DNA from: a virus
Taxonomy: Duplodnaviria; Caudoviricetes
Length of the DNA: 54,668 nucleotides
Direction: 5' to 3' (one strand)
IMG/VR virus record: IMGVR_UViG_3300048592_000644
Location: 1 to 54,668 of that record
In this document: one piece after another, positions 29,085 through 37,983 of the stretch
Layout: each line of letters opens with the position of its first letter
How positions within the stretch are numbered: the first letter of the stretch is position 1
Translations under genes and position numbers: made by a program
Notes under the pieces: model-generated
The model's database searches: none
What the model was told of the DNA's origin: nothing
Seen by the model: only the letters and a program-made list of their open reading frames with translations

Positions 29085-29987
29085 CTACAGGTTTTTCCAA
29101 AAGTCATCGGTAATAATTAAATCAGCAAGGGGAGTAACTACCGTTTCTACTTCGGCCTGTCCTAAGTGATTAACGATAGGTCGCCCTTGAGGGTCACGTT
29201 TTTGCCGTGTTTCCTCACGATACCCCAGAATTTTCCGGGGGTCGTGGTCTGACTTCTTTACCTCTGGCTTAATGTCATGTAACTGGCTAGATAATCCGTG
29301 CAGTCTATCATCTTCTTTCGTGGTTTGTTCAACGTGCTTGAAGTTATGCTCAAAATAGTCATATCCAAGCCATTGATACAACTCTTTCATCATAACCTCT
29401 GGTTCGTTTACCAAACGGTCATACTCCACAAAAAACATTGAATCTCTAAAGCCCCATTGAACGGCTAGTTTAATCATGTTAGCCGGATGCCCCGCCATCC
29501 CGTTAGACGAGGCCCATACTTTGATTCTATCTTCAATGGTTGCCATAGAAGCATCTTTTGGAGCGGCCGGGGGTGCGCCTGTCGCAACAGCCCGACGATA
29601 CTCTAGTTCAAGTGAAGTCAAGATACCTACCGTGTCCCGCACAGGCACAATCAGCTTGACGGGGTAAGGTAAAGTAGCCTGTAAAAACATTAGGTGTTCG
29701 GGATTGTTCCAGCCTCGGTTTTTATCAAAAATAACCGGGGCTGTTTCCCTTGCATAAAACCCATCTATGATGCCTCGCAAAACCCCCATTTTGCGTTGCC
29801 CATTGATGGTTTTATCCTCAGCTAAATTCAGATATATCTTGTCCCACTGGTTTTTAATGGATACCGTTAGCTCCATGAGGGAGCTAGTACCAGATGCCCG
29901 AAATTGCGGGTTTTGGTTCAAGATATTACAGAGTAACGTTGACCCTGTGCGGGGTAATCCCCCTATAAAATGCACTGTTTTGTTCAT
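29085..29987 (-). CDS. sulfotransferase family protein
   Basis: PAPS-binding loop FIGGLPRTGSTLL, DKNR, VRD...S, VEYDRLV..P motifs. Confidence 0.9.
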   Translation of the reverse strand: MNKTVHFIGGLPRTGSTLLCNILNQNPQFRASGTSSLMELTVSIKNQWDKIYLNLAEDKTINGQRKMGVLRGIIDGFYARETAPVIFDKNRGWNNPEHLMFLQATLPYPVKLIVPVRDTVGILTSLELEYRRAVATGAPPAAPKDASMATIEDRIKVWASSNGMAGHPANMIKLAVQWGFRDSMFFVEYDRLVNEPEVMMKELYQWLGYDYFEHNFKHVEQTTKEDDRLHGLSSQLHDIKPEVKKSDHDPRKILGYREETRQKRDPQGRPIVNHLGQAEVETVVTPLADLIITDDFWKNL

Positions 29988-30025
29988 ATTCTTAATTTCC
30001 CCTTTCTTGAATATTCAAAACTAAA

Positions 30026-30790
30026 CTAAATTTGACGAAGTAATAACCAAAAATTAGTGCCATTCACATTGACCAAAATCCGATGCGTAGCGGCACTAGC
30101 CGAACTGCTTAACGCTTGGTTGACATACAGTTTAGGCATGGTGAACTCACCGGCCGGGCTACAACTAAATGTGTAGCTACTGCTTGGCCCCAAAACGATG
30201 GCCCCGTCTACCAAACAATCAACACCATTACCAATTGCTATACCACCTACTCTGGCATTAGCATTTTCACCAATGGCAATTGCCCCATCCCGGCCGGTCG
30301 CATTACGGCCGATAAGGACACTTCCTTTATCCGTTACTCCACCGCCACTGGCTACATTTGCCCCATCACCAATCACGATAGAAAAAGGTTCTCTGGCAAT
30401 GGCATTGCGCCCCATTACCACACAGTCATCGGCAAGCAAGGTAGTTGGCCCTATGGCAACTGAACGGGCGTTATAGCCTGGCCCACTGGTGATATTGAGG
30501 CTGTACAGGGTCGTACCTTTGCGCTTCATAACTTGGTCGCTTGGAACTACCACTACCGGCCCCGCCACTACATCCCCATCTCTGGCTTCTGCACTTGTGG
30601 CAAAACGGGCGATACCAAACACCCCGGTTGTGGCATCAGGGAACGTAGTTGCAGAGGCTATCTCATTAAATACCCCATCGTCCCCTTTCGTTCCAAATGC
30701 CCCTTCCTCAAAGCCAATGGCATACTGCCCTGGCACGGCCGGGGTTGGGAGAAAAGAGCCATAATTACCACCTAAAATAATGCGTGACAT
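30026..30790 (-). CDS. YadA-head-like fibre protein, paralog 3
   Basis: ATTGVFGIARFAT fibre repeat, multiple SVAIG/AIAIG repeats; 254 aa. Confidence 0.7.
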   Translation of the reverse strand: MSRIILGGNYGSFLPTPAVPGQYAIGFEEGAFGTKGDDGVFNEIASATTFPDATTGVFGIARFATSAEARDGDVVAGPVVVVPSDQVMKRKGTTLYSLNITSGPGYNARSVAIGPTTLLADDCVVMGRNAIAREPFSIVIGDGANVASGGGVTDKGSVLIGRNATGRDGAIAIGENANARVGGIAIGNGVDCLVDGAIVLGPSSSYTFSCSPAGEFTMPKLYVNQALSSSASAATHRILVNVNGTNFWLLLRQI

Positions 30791-30799
30791 AGCTTCTCC

Positions 30800-31564
30800 T
30801 TAGACCAAAGAAATAAGAGCCGCATAAGGCGTACCGTTGACATGAAGGGTTACATAGCGGCTAATACTCCCCCCGCCAATCACGGCCGGGGCAGTATTCA
30901 TTCTGAGGCTTTGAATATTCAAGCGGTTACTGGTGTCTATCCAAAATTCGGCCCCGCCTTTTGACTTAAAGCGTACTTTGTAGGGGGATAAATCAGCGGC
31001 CGCCACGTCGAAACCAACCACTGTTTTGTCAATTCCGGCCGAAGCCGCATAACCTATGGCTGTCCCCCTGGTTGAGGCAAAAGAACGGCCGCCGATGGTG
31101 ACTGCGCTGTAACTATCGGCTTCCGCTTGAGAGCCAATAACCACACTACCGTTAATCCCCCCATTTCGGGCAACAGCCCCATAGCCAATAAGAACACAAT
31201 CATTATTATTGCCATCTGAGACAATCCCATCTCCTAATGTGACTTCACCAAATCCCCAATCGCCATTACCGCCTAGCGTGATGATACTGCCCGAAAGAGT
31301 ATCAACCATTACGTTTTGTCCGGCCGGGGTAAGTGCTTTGTTGCTCACCACGCCTCTGCGCCCTTCGGCCGCTGTGGCAAACTGAACTAACCCCTTTTGA
31401 ACTGTTGTGGCTTGCGGAATAACCGCCGCTAGGGTTTTGGTAGAGCCATCATTGGCTTTAGAAGTAAGTTGCCCAGCTTGCATCCCTAAAATAATGTAAC
31501 TGGTGCTAGGCGGGGTAGGTAGTGTGGCTACGGTTGGTTGTATTAACATAACTCTCCTACACAC
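30800..31564 (-). CDS. YadA-head-like fibre protein, paralog 2
   Basis: ATTVQKGLVQFAT, CVLIG/SVVIG/GTAIG repeats; 254 aa. Confidence 0.7.
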   Translation of the reverse strand: MCRRVMLIQPTVATLPTPPSTSYIILGMQAGQLTSKANDGSTKTLAAVIPQATTVQKGLVQFATAAEGRRGVVSNKALTPAGQNVMVDTLSGSIITLGGNGDWGFGEVTLGDGIVSDGNNNDCVLIGYGAVARNGGINGSVVIGSQAEADSYSAVTIGGRSFASTRGTAIGYAASAGIDKTVVGFDVAAADLSPYKVRFKSKGGAEFWIDTSNRLNIQSLRMNTAPAVIGGGSISRYVTLHVNGTPYAALISLV

Positions 31565-32324
31565 TCGCTAAGAGCAGAAAGCAGTCGCCATTTTGCGTGT
31601 TTATAATTACTTTGTGTGTTGGGGCCATAGGCGTTGCTTCCACAGTGCCTAAGAAGTTAATGCCAGACACCCGCAGTTCATTGTTATAAGAATCTAGTGC
31701 CAACACCTCTTGCCCATTTACCCCTACGGAAAACCGGGGATAGATAGCGGAGGGGTCTATATCGCTACCGATAACTACCTGTTCATAATAACAGTTAGCA
31801 CCTTTACCAATGGCAATAGGATTATTACCCCTTGTATAAGAAGCATAGCCTATGGAAATGGGGTCATTCCCCGCCACACCATCATAGATAAAGTTGCCAA
31901 TGATGATTGACCTAACCATGTTGATACTAGCCGGGGATGGTCTACCGCTAATAACGATTGAATATGCCCCTGAAACATAGCTATATGAATTGGCAAAGAC
32001 AATGGCGTGGTTTCCTGTTACATAAGGCTTTGCGTACCTTGTGGCAATACGGTTATTGGTGTTCAAGATGATAGGCATTTGTTCTGGCTTCATAGCCTTA
32101 TCTGCTACCGTATCATCGTAGAGTTCAGGGGTGTCAGCCAACTTAATTAAGCCAGGGGTGGTAGTGTTTCCATACCCAGGGGTTGCGGCTTCACCCAAAA
32201 CAATTTTTTCGCCCAGTGAATCTTTGATAACAATTTCCTCACCATAGGCCCCCAATGAAAAGAAATTTTGGGGCGGGTTTGGAAGTTCAGATAAATTTAC
32301 GCCTAGCTGTATACCTGCGGTCAT
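31557..32324 (-). CDS. YadA-head-like fibre protein, paralog 1
   Basis: TTTPGLIKLA, SIIIG/PISIG/PIAIG repeats; 255 aa. Confidence 0.7.
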   Translation of the reverse strand: MTAGIQLGVNLSELPNPPQNFFSLGAYGEEIVIKDSLGEKIVLGEAATPGYGNTTTPGLIKLADTPELYDDTVADKAMKPEQMPIILNTNNRIATRYAKPYVTGNHAIVFANSYSYVSGAYSIVISGRPSPASINMVRSIIIGNFIYDGVAGNDPISIGYASYTRGNNPIAIGKGANCYYEQVVIGSDIDPSAIYPRFSVGVNGQEVLALDSYNNELRVSGINFLGTVEATPMAPTHKVIINTQNGDCFLLLASV

Positions 32325-32326
32325 AG

Positions 32327-33121
32327 TTATCCCTCTGGCAAGATGACCAATTCACCTAAAAGGGTAAGCACCCCTTCATTAGTGAATGATTGCCACACAA
32401 TTAGTTGCTTACCGGCCGGAACAGTCAATGTTTCCCCATCACCCAGGCTATTTTTAACCATAGGGTAATCGGTGAACTGAACAGCTATTTGGTCAATAGC
32501 ATCTTGAACATTCAAGGCTGATAGGCCGCTAGTGGATGGGTCATAGCTTACTTGTTCGGCCGTGCCAGAAAATTCAAAGTCATCAATTAACTCTTTTAGT
32601 TCGTCAATAGCATCTTGGACATTCTCAGCCTCTAGCTCAGAATCCGTGTTGTCGTAAGTAATACCGGCCGCCGTTGTAATGACGGGTGGGAGGGCGTTAA
32701 TATCTTCTACAATCTCGTCAATAGCATCTTGGACATTCTCAGCATCTAACTCGGAATCCGTGTTGTCGTAAGTAATGTCAACGGCCGCCCCGCTTACACT
32801 GATAGCGTCAATCTCTGCCTTTAGAGCCTCTATAGCCTCTTGTACATTGCTGGCCCCTAAAGAGGTATCTGTGTCATCATAAGCTACCTCGTCGGCATCT
32901 TGTGGTTCGGCGGCGGCCTCAGCCACCCCTAACACCTCCAAAATAGCCGTTGGAATAGTTGTGGCGGACAGTGCGGGGCTAAAATCGTAAGCCCACATAA
33001 AGGTTCTAATTTCCCCTAATTGCACCTTGTAGTTATCGGTTTCAGTCTGAGAGAAAAAAAGCCGGGATGTATTTAGGTCGGCAAAAACTAGCTCGTCAAA
33101 GTCAGTAGGTTTTAAGCCCAT
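32327..33121 (-). CDS. acidic repeat-containing virion fibre/collar protein
   Basis: Four A..(V/I).YD..S.L.A.NVQ(D/E)AI(D/E) repeats. Confidence 0.7.
   Translation of the reverse strand: MGLKPTDFDELVFADLNTSRLFFSQTETDNYKVQLGEIRTFMWAYDFSPALSATTIPTAILEVLGVAEAAAEPQDADEVAYDDTDTSLGASNVQEAIEALKAEIDAISVSGAAVDITYDNTDSELDAENVQDAIDEIVEDINALPPVITTAAGITYDNTDSELEAENVQDAIDELKELIDDFEFSGTAEQVSYDPSTSGLSALNVQDAIDQIAVQFTDYPMVKNSLGDGETLTVPAGKQLIVWQSFTNEGVLTLLGELVILPEG
32601..32776. repeat. intragenic direct repeat, 62 bp x2, 114-bp period
   Basis: 32601-32662 vs 32715-32776 near-identical; both encode ITYDNTDSELxAENVQDAID. Confidence 0.85.
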
Positions 33122-33732
33122 TATGCTAACTCCCAGAAATCACCATTGGCTGTTTGCCAATTTTGGGTGATGTCTAATTCGTCAATGGCATTATTAAGTA
33201 GCCAGGGCGTGGCACAGGATAAATCAGGAAAAACAGGTACAAGGCGGGTGTAAACCTCTTGGCTAAGTGATACTGTGCCAGTTTGTAGTAACTCAGTTAC
33301 TTTGCCCGTCCATTCAATACTCATAAAGTCATCTTGTGCGGCCGATACCCGGTAAGTTGTGACTTTTACCCGATATAGCTTAAAAAGCAGAGTGCTTAAC
33401 CCATCGCTAGATAGGATTTGTCCTATGATGTTGAATGAAGGGAGAATGAGTTCCCCCCCCATTCGTAAAGTTTGACCATAACTAACCACGGCCGGGGCCA
33501 ATGTACCGCCAAACATCAGGTTAATTTGCGCTAGGCTGTAATCCTGTTGAGTAGCGGTGATTGTCCAACCCCTGAGAGTAGAAATGAGGCTGGATTCATC
33601 ATTACATCTATCCTCTGCCACCAAAATATCAGCTTCCATGCTGAAAGTCGCCGTACAAGGTACGATGTTTTCATCACAGTTATCAGACATAGAGAGGGCG
33701 CGAAAGCCGTAAGGTTTTATTGATTTGCTCAT
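33121..33732 (-). CDS. tail-tube-like protein
   Basis: KPYGFR start, QDDF motif shared with the QDEF of the two downstream paralogs; lies after tail terminator and chaperone. Confidence 0.6.
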   Translation of the reverse strand: MSKSIKPYGFRALSMSDNCDENIVPCTATFSMEADILVAEDRCNDESSLISTLRGWTITATQQDYSLAQINLMFGGTLAPAVVSYGQTLRMGGELILPSFNIIGQILSSDGLSTLLFKLYRVKVTTYRVSAAQDDFMSIEWTGKVTELLQTGTVSLSQEVYTRLVPVFPDLSCATPWLLNNAIDELDITQNWQTANGDFWELA

Positions 33733-34007
33733 TGTGCTTGTCTAAGAAGAGACATAATTTCCGCTTCGGATGCAAAATTGCTGGTATCAGTGGGGGGGGA
33801 GTGCTTTTTCTTTTCTTTTATTTCATCTCTGAGGTGTTGGGCAGTTGCAAATACCTCTATGTCGAAAAGATAAGCCGCGAATCCCCCGTACCTATTCTGA
33901 ATCCCCGCTATCTCCGATGGTCTCTGGTGATAAGTCTGGGCTAGGTTGTCCAGTATCAACGCCATCTGTGGATTCTTGTCGAAATTGGTCTGTGGCTTGT
34001 TTGCCAC
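33729..34007 (-). CDS. tail assembly chaperone extension (probably expressed by +1 frameshift)
   Basis: Overlaps 33892-34383 in the +1 frame; LAQTYHQRPSEIAGI...AYLFD is typical of chaperone second ORFs. Confidence 0.6.
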   Translation of the reverse strand: MANKPQTNFDKNPQMALILDNLAQTYHQRPSEIAGIQNRYGGFAAYLFDIEVFATAQHLRDEIKEKKKHSPPTDTSNFASEAEIMSLLRQAQ

Positions 34008-34383
34008 CTACCTCATTAAAGATAAAAAACAGGTCATTGACTGTAAAAGCATCTATGCCTACTTCATCTTTGTCTTCATCGGCCGTTTCGTCGAAGTCCA
34101 CAATAACAGGATGGGCAATGGCCGGGCGCACCATAATCCGTAAGGTTTCACGCAAGATAGATAAGCCGTGAATATCACTGGTATCTATCTTGAACGTTTT
34201 ACCACTGCTGAACATATTTTGGGCAAATTCTTTAATTTCTTTGCTATGCCCATCTAATTGCAGGTAAATCTCAATCATGTCCATTGGTTTAATGGACATA
34301 GTTAACTGGCTTTCAGGCAAAACAATTTCTCGGTTGGCTCGTTTTTCGCGCCATTGCTTAACGGTTAATCCTTTCCCTTTCAT
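33892..34383 (-). CDS. tail assembly chaperone
   Basis: Position; IVLPES, HPVIV, DLFFIF...FR followed by a low-complexity tail. Confidence 0.65.
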   Translation of the reverse strand: MKGKGLTVKQWREKRANREIVLPESQLTMSIKPMDMIEIYLQLDGHSKEIKEFAQNMFSSGKTFKIDTSDIHGLSILRETLRIMVRPAIAHPVIVDFDETADEDKDEVGIDAFTVNDLFFIFNEVGGKQATDQFRQESTDGVDTGQPSPDLSPETIGDSGDSE

Positions 34384-34805
34384 TACTCACCTGTCTTTTG
34401 TTCGGCTTGTGGCTCTACTACTGGCTCTTGTGGAGCTTCAGCGGCCGGGGCCTTAGATTTTTTGGTAACTGGTTTTTCGTTTTCAGGACGCTTACCCGCC
34501 CGGCTTAATTTGGGGTCATTCACTGGCAACAAGCCCATTTGGGCAAGTGCCTTGCGGTAAGGGGTGGTGGTCGGATTAAAAACTTTGACCCCTGGTATTT
34601 TCCCCAACCCGTTCAATAAGTAGGTGTAATCGCTTTGGGTCATTGTGGCTTGACAACCATAATGAGTGATAGCCTGCCCACTGCCCCCGCCACTGTTAAG
34701 CGGTTGGGTAAACATATAGTGTTTGGGGTCATACTTTTTGGCAACTTCCTCAGCTTCGGGAATCTTCCCGGCCGGGACAATAACAATTAGTTGTTTCCAT
34801 GCCAT
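34383..34805 (-). CDS. hypothetical protein
   Basis: 140-aa ORF inside the tail operon, coupled to its neighbours. Confidence 0.6.
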   Translation of the reverse strand: MAWKQLIVIVPAGKIPEAEEVAKKYDPKHYMFTQPLNSGGGSGQAITHYGCQATMTQSDYTYLLNGLGKIPGVKVFNPTTTPYRKALAQMGLLPVNDPKLSRAGKRPENEKPVTKKSKAPAAEAPQEPVVEPQAEQKTGE

Positions 34806-34808
34806 GTG

Positions 34809-35270
34809 CTACTCTCCACAATTGCTTACTGCGCCAAATCTGTGCCAGTAAACGTTGTATCGGACAAGGTGAACATTACATCTCAACACATCTTCCTTGC
34901 CGTTAGGAACTTCATTCAAAAATAAGGTGCGCCAAACCTGATGGTCTGGGTTTGTCGGCACAATAATTTGGTCGTGCCACAACTGATAAATGCGGCTGGC
35001 CGCTTGCTGTACAACCGTGTACTGGTTTCTCTGGTACAAGTAAACTTCTAACTCAGTCCGGGTAGCACCTTGATAAACATTAGGAACTGGTACGCCTATA
35101 GATACTTTGAATAAAGCACAGGGTAAAAGTTCCTCAGTAGCCGGATCGAAAGCATCTGGGGTGTCTATCTTGCTTATCTCATTGTGAATAGCCTGGTCAT
35201 AGATACCACCTTCTAATAAATTAGTTAGGGTAACATCGTTGATTAGCACATCATAATGAGAATCAAGCAT
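34809..35270 (-). CDS. putative tail terminator/completion protein
   Basis: Size and position; LTNLLEGGIY, EVYLY, RIYQLWH pattern. Confidence 0.6.
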   Translation of the reverse strand: MLDSHYDVLINDVTLTNLLEGGIYDQAIHNEISKIDTPDAFDPATEELLPCALFKVSIGVPVPNVYQGATRTELEVYLYQRNQYTVVQQAASRIYQLWHDQIIVPTNPDHQVWRTLFLNEVPNGKEDVLRCNVHLVRYNVYWHRFGAVSNCGE

Positions 35271-35275
35271 GATTT

Positions 35276-35608
35276 TTAGCCTTCGTTAGCTGGTGCGGGG
35301 TTTTCTTCTAAGGGTTTACGGGTACGGCGGGGAGCTTTCTCAGCCTCTAATTCAGGGGCTTTAGGTTCACCCTTTGGGGCTTCGTTGTCGGCCGGTGCTT
35401 TGGTGTCTGGTTCGTTGGCTGAAACAATTTTCAAGTCATTTTTAGCCAAATAAACAGCAAGCAACTCCTCAACTGTTACCCACTCATAGCCTTTCTTGCC
35501 TTTGAGGGGCCGGGCTACACGTTCCCGCCCATCGGCCGGGGGACGCTCTAGTTTGATTGTTTCAAAGCGGCGGTTGTAATAACTTGCCATAGGGTCATTT
35601 TTGGGCAT
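35276..35608 (-). CDS. hypothetical protein
   Basis: 110 aa, AAGGAG RBS, P/K/E-rich tail. Confidence 0.6.
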   Translation of the reverse strand: MPKNDPMASYYNRRFETIKLERPPADGRERVARPLKGKKGYEWVTVEELLAVYLAKNDLKIVSANEPDTKAPADNEAPKGEPKAPELEAEKAPRRTRKPLEENPAPANEG

Positions 35609-35622
35609 GGGTTTTCTCCTTT

Positions 35623-35955
35623 CTAGTAACGAATTTTCGGGAAATGACGTAAGACGGCCGCTTCTATCTCGGCCGTTAGGGTAGGAAGGTCAACCTCTAC
35701 CCCTAATTTTTTTAATTTTTCTTCGGCATAGGCCAAAGCAACCGCTTTTTTGTTGTCAATCCTTTGAGTAAAGCCAAGCTGTTCAGCATGATAAATGGCG
35801 GTTTCAACCACGTCTTGTACTAACCCTAGCTTTTTACGGGCTGTTTCACTTTTAATCCACTCTCGCCCTTCTCTGCCTAAGACAATGGTGCTTGTACATA
35901 CAAGCACACATACAACAAAAAATGCAATATTGATAGGTTCTAATAGTTCGTTCAT
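35623..35955 (-). CDS. holin, LL-H family-like
   Basis: One N-terminal TM helix, AIYHAEQL, KKAVAL, AEIEAAV motifs. Confidence 0.8.
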   Translation of the reverse strand: MNELLEPINIAFFVVCVLVCTSTIVLGREGREWIKSETARKKLGLVQDVVETAIYHAEQLGFTQRIDNKKAVALAYAEEKLKKLGVEVDLPTLTAEIEAAVLRHFPKIRY

Positions 35956-35967
35956 ATCACCTCTTAT

Positions 35968-36324
35968 TTACTTAAAAACGGCCTTAAAACTCTGCATCAC
36001 CTTGTCTACGTTTTGGGTGATTGTAGGCCAAACAATGGCATACCGGCCACTGTTTTTGAGTTCAAGATACACACCATAAAAAACTTTTTCACTATATGAG
36101 ACGGTTATTCTCATGCGGCCGGGAACTTTTTCATTAAAGCCGAACAAACCTGTTCGGGCATCCCCGGTGCGGTCTGTCCAGGGCGCGTTTTGCCGGGCTA
36201 ACTCTGCTAATCTTGTCCCCCAGAAATCGCCGATTTTGTTCATGCGGTTTACTGAGTTAGCCCCAAATTTAGAGAGGTCACGCTTTAAGTCTTGGAGAGA
36301 ACGTTCCCATTTAATGCCAGACAT
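35968..36324 (-). CDS. HK97 gp10-like neck/tail completion protein
   Basis: ARQNAPWTDRTGDAR..L, YGVYLEL, GRYAIVWPT. Confidence 0.8.
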   Translation of the reverse strand: MSGIKWERSLQDLKRDLSKFGANSVNRMNKIGDFWGTRLAELARQNAPWTDRTGDARTGLFGFNEKVPGRMRITVSYSEKVFYGVYLELKNSGRYAIVWPTITQNVDKVMQSFKAVFK

Positions 36325-36326
36325 GG

Positions 36327-36692
36327 TTAAAAGTTATTCTCCAATATCGCCTCTGCCCTTACCCCTAATTCGTCACGGGTAAGGCCACTTAACACGGTAT
36401 ACAATGCCCCTTGATAAGTGAAGCGGTCGTTAGATTGAATATCAGCCGTTGGTTTACCCAACAACGTTACTCTAATGCGCCATTGCCTAGCCTGAGCATT
36501 AGCCGGAAGGTCAACTGAACCAGTAGCAGAGTTTTCCGCAATCCTAAACTCTTGCTCCGGCAAAGCTATTTCTACCCCGGATACTCGCCTTCTGATGACT
36601 AGGTTTTGTGGGTTGCCCTGGCGAATCTGCGCCATTTCTGCTTGAAACTCGTCAACATTCCACAAATCTAATTCATCAAATAAGCCGGACAT
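36327..36692 (-). CDS. putative head closure protein
   Basis: Position; DIQSNDRFTYQGALYTV. Confidence 0.6.
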   Translation of the reverse strand: MSGLFDELDLWNVDEFQAEMAQIRQGNPQNLVIRRRVSGVEIALPEQEFRIAENSATGSVDLPANAQARQWRIRVTLLGKPTADIQSNDRFTYQGALYTVLSGLTRDELGVRAEAILENNF

Positions 36693-36694
36693 AA

Positions 36695-37630
36695 TTACCA
36701 GTTCCTTAAAAGCGTACTTGGAATGTCGTAAGTGTCTGGGGCTACTCTTGCCCGGTCACGGACGGCCGTAGGTTGGTTGACTAATGCCTTGACAGCCGCT
36801 TCATACATCTGGTTAAAAGTCATGGACATTTTGGCGGGGTTTAATGAGCCATCCCATTTTTTGGTAGCTTGCTCATTCCCTATTTTGGCGGTGTATTCAG
36901 TAATTGCCCCTACTGGTGGCCCGGAACGCCCAAAGGATGCCCCTGGATTAGCACAAGCGATAGCCCATGCCTTGTAGAGAATGATTTGAAAATACTCGTC
37001 GTTTAAGCCGTCAAAATACTGGTTAAGAAGGTCATCGGTTAGGATTGGATAACCAGCCGCATAGGTTAGGTAAAGGGTAGCTGGTGCAAAAGGTTGTTCG
37101 GGGAAAGTTACGGTACGATTGCCGTTGTCAAAAGTAATGTCTTGTACCCCCCATTGTGTGCTATTAAATGGGTTAAAGGGCAAAGCTACTAACCAATCAC
37201 CCTCTATGCTTGCTTCAATCTTAAAAACGTAGTCGGCCGGTAAATCATAAGTTACCGTTCCCGCCACTATCGCTATTTCTGCGGTTTTAATGCGGGGCGC
37301 ACGGCGAGAAAAGTCTTTTACAGCCTCATAAAAAGCCGTTTCTAAAGCATCATAGGAGTAGGTAAAGGCGCATTGGTCGCCATCGGCCACTACGGTACTG
37401 GTTAATACTCTTGTAACTACCCCTGTAAGGTAATTGATGGTGTAGTCAACGCCTCTTACCAAAGCAGTGCCATCATACTTTACGGCTTCATCCCGTCCGG
37501 GCAGTAAAGGGGCGTAGGTAAGGGCGGGTGGAGTAGCATCATTAAGAGTAATCCACTCGTTTTGTTGAGAGCCAAATACTTGCCCTCTTAGTTTGGGGAG
37601 AATGTCAGTCAAATAAAGTGTCATCTTCAT
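36695..37630 (-). CDS. putative head-tail adaptor with inserted beta domain
   Basis: Position after capsid; EAVKDFSRRAP, YDLPADY, LTYAAGY. Confidence 0.6.
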   Translation of the reverse strand: MKMTLYLTDILPKLRGQVFGSQQNEWITLNDATPPALTYAPLLPGRDEAVKYDGTALVRGVDYTINYLTGVVTRVLTSTVVADGDQCAFTYSYDALETAFYEAVKDFSRRAPRIKTAEIAIVAGTVTYDLPADYVFKIEASIEGDWLVALPFNPFNSTQWGVQDITFDNGNRTVTFPEQPFAPATLYLTYAAGYPILTDDLLNQYFDGLNDEYFQIILYKAWAIACANPGASFGRSGPPVGAITEYTAKIGNEQATKKWDGSLNPAKMSMTFNQMYEAAVKALVNQPTAVRDRARVAPDTYDIPSTLLRNW

Positions 37631-37976
37631 TCCCTCCGTTAAACAGTTCTAGCATGGCCCCTAGCAGGGAGGCGGTTGCTTGTAGAATCACGATTAGTTC
37701 ATCTAAAACAATCACCCCACCTGCTATTGAAAGGGGAAAGATAAACCAGTCTAGCAGAGTAAGTGCTTGTGACTGAGATACCAACAGGGTGAGGGTGAGG
37801 GAGCTAAAAACAGCCGTACAGGTCGGACATTGCGTTAAGCCCCTCAAAACAAACTCCAAAACCACTCTCAAGGCTTTTAATAACCCATATGGCCCAGCAT
37901 ACTCACCCGTTATGAGGCGGGTGAGGGCGTAGCCAGACAAAACTAAGAAAGGAAATGTTTGCCAAGAGAGTGACAT
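37605..37976 (-). CDS. DUF1360-like membrane protein
   Basis: YALTRLIT..GP...LR, LTQCPTCTAV, TM helices; start moved to 37976. Confidence 0.6.
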   Translation of the reverse strand: MSLSWQTFPFLVLSGYALTRLITGEYAGPYGLLKALRVVLEFVLRGLTQCPTCTAVFSSLTLTLLVSQSQALTLLDWFIFPLSIAGGVIVLDELIVILQATASLLGAMLELFNGGNEDDTLFD

Positions 37977-37983
37977 GATAGTT

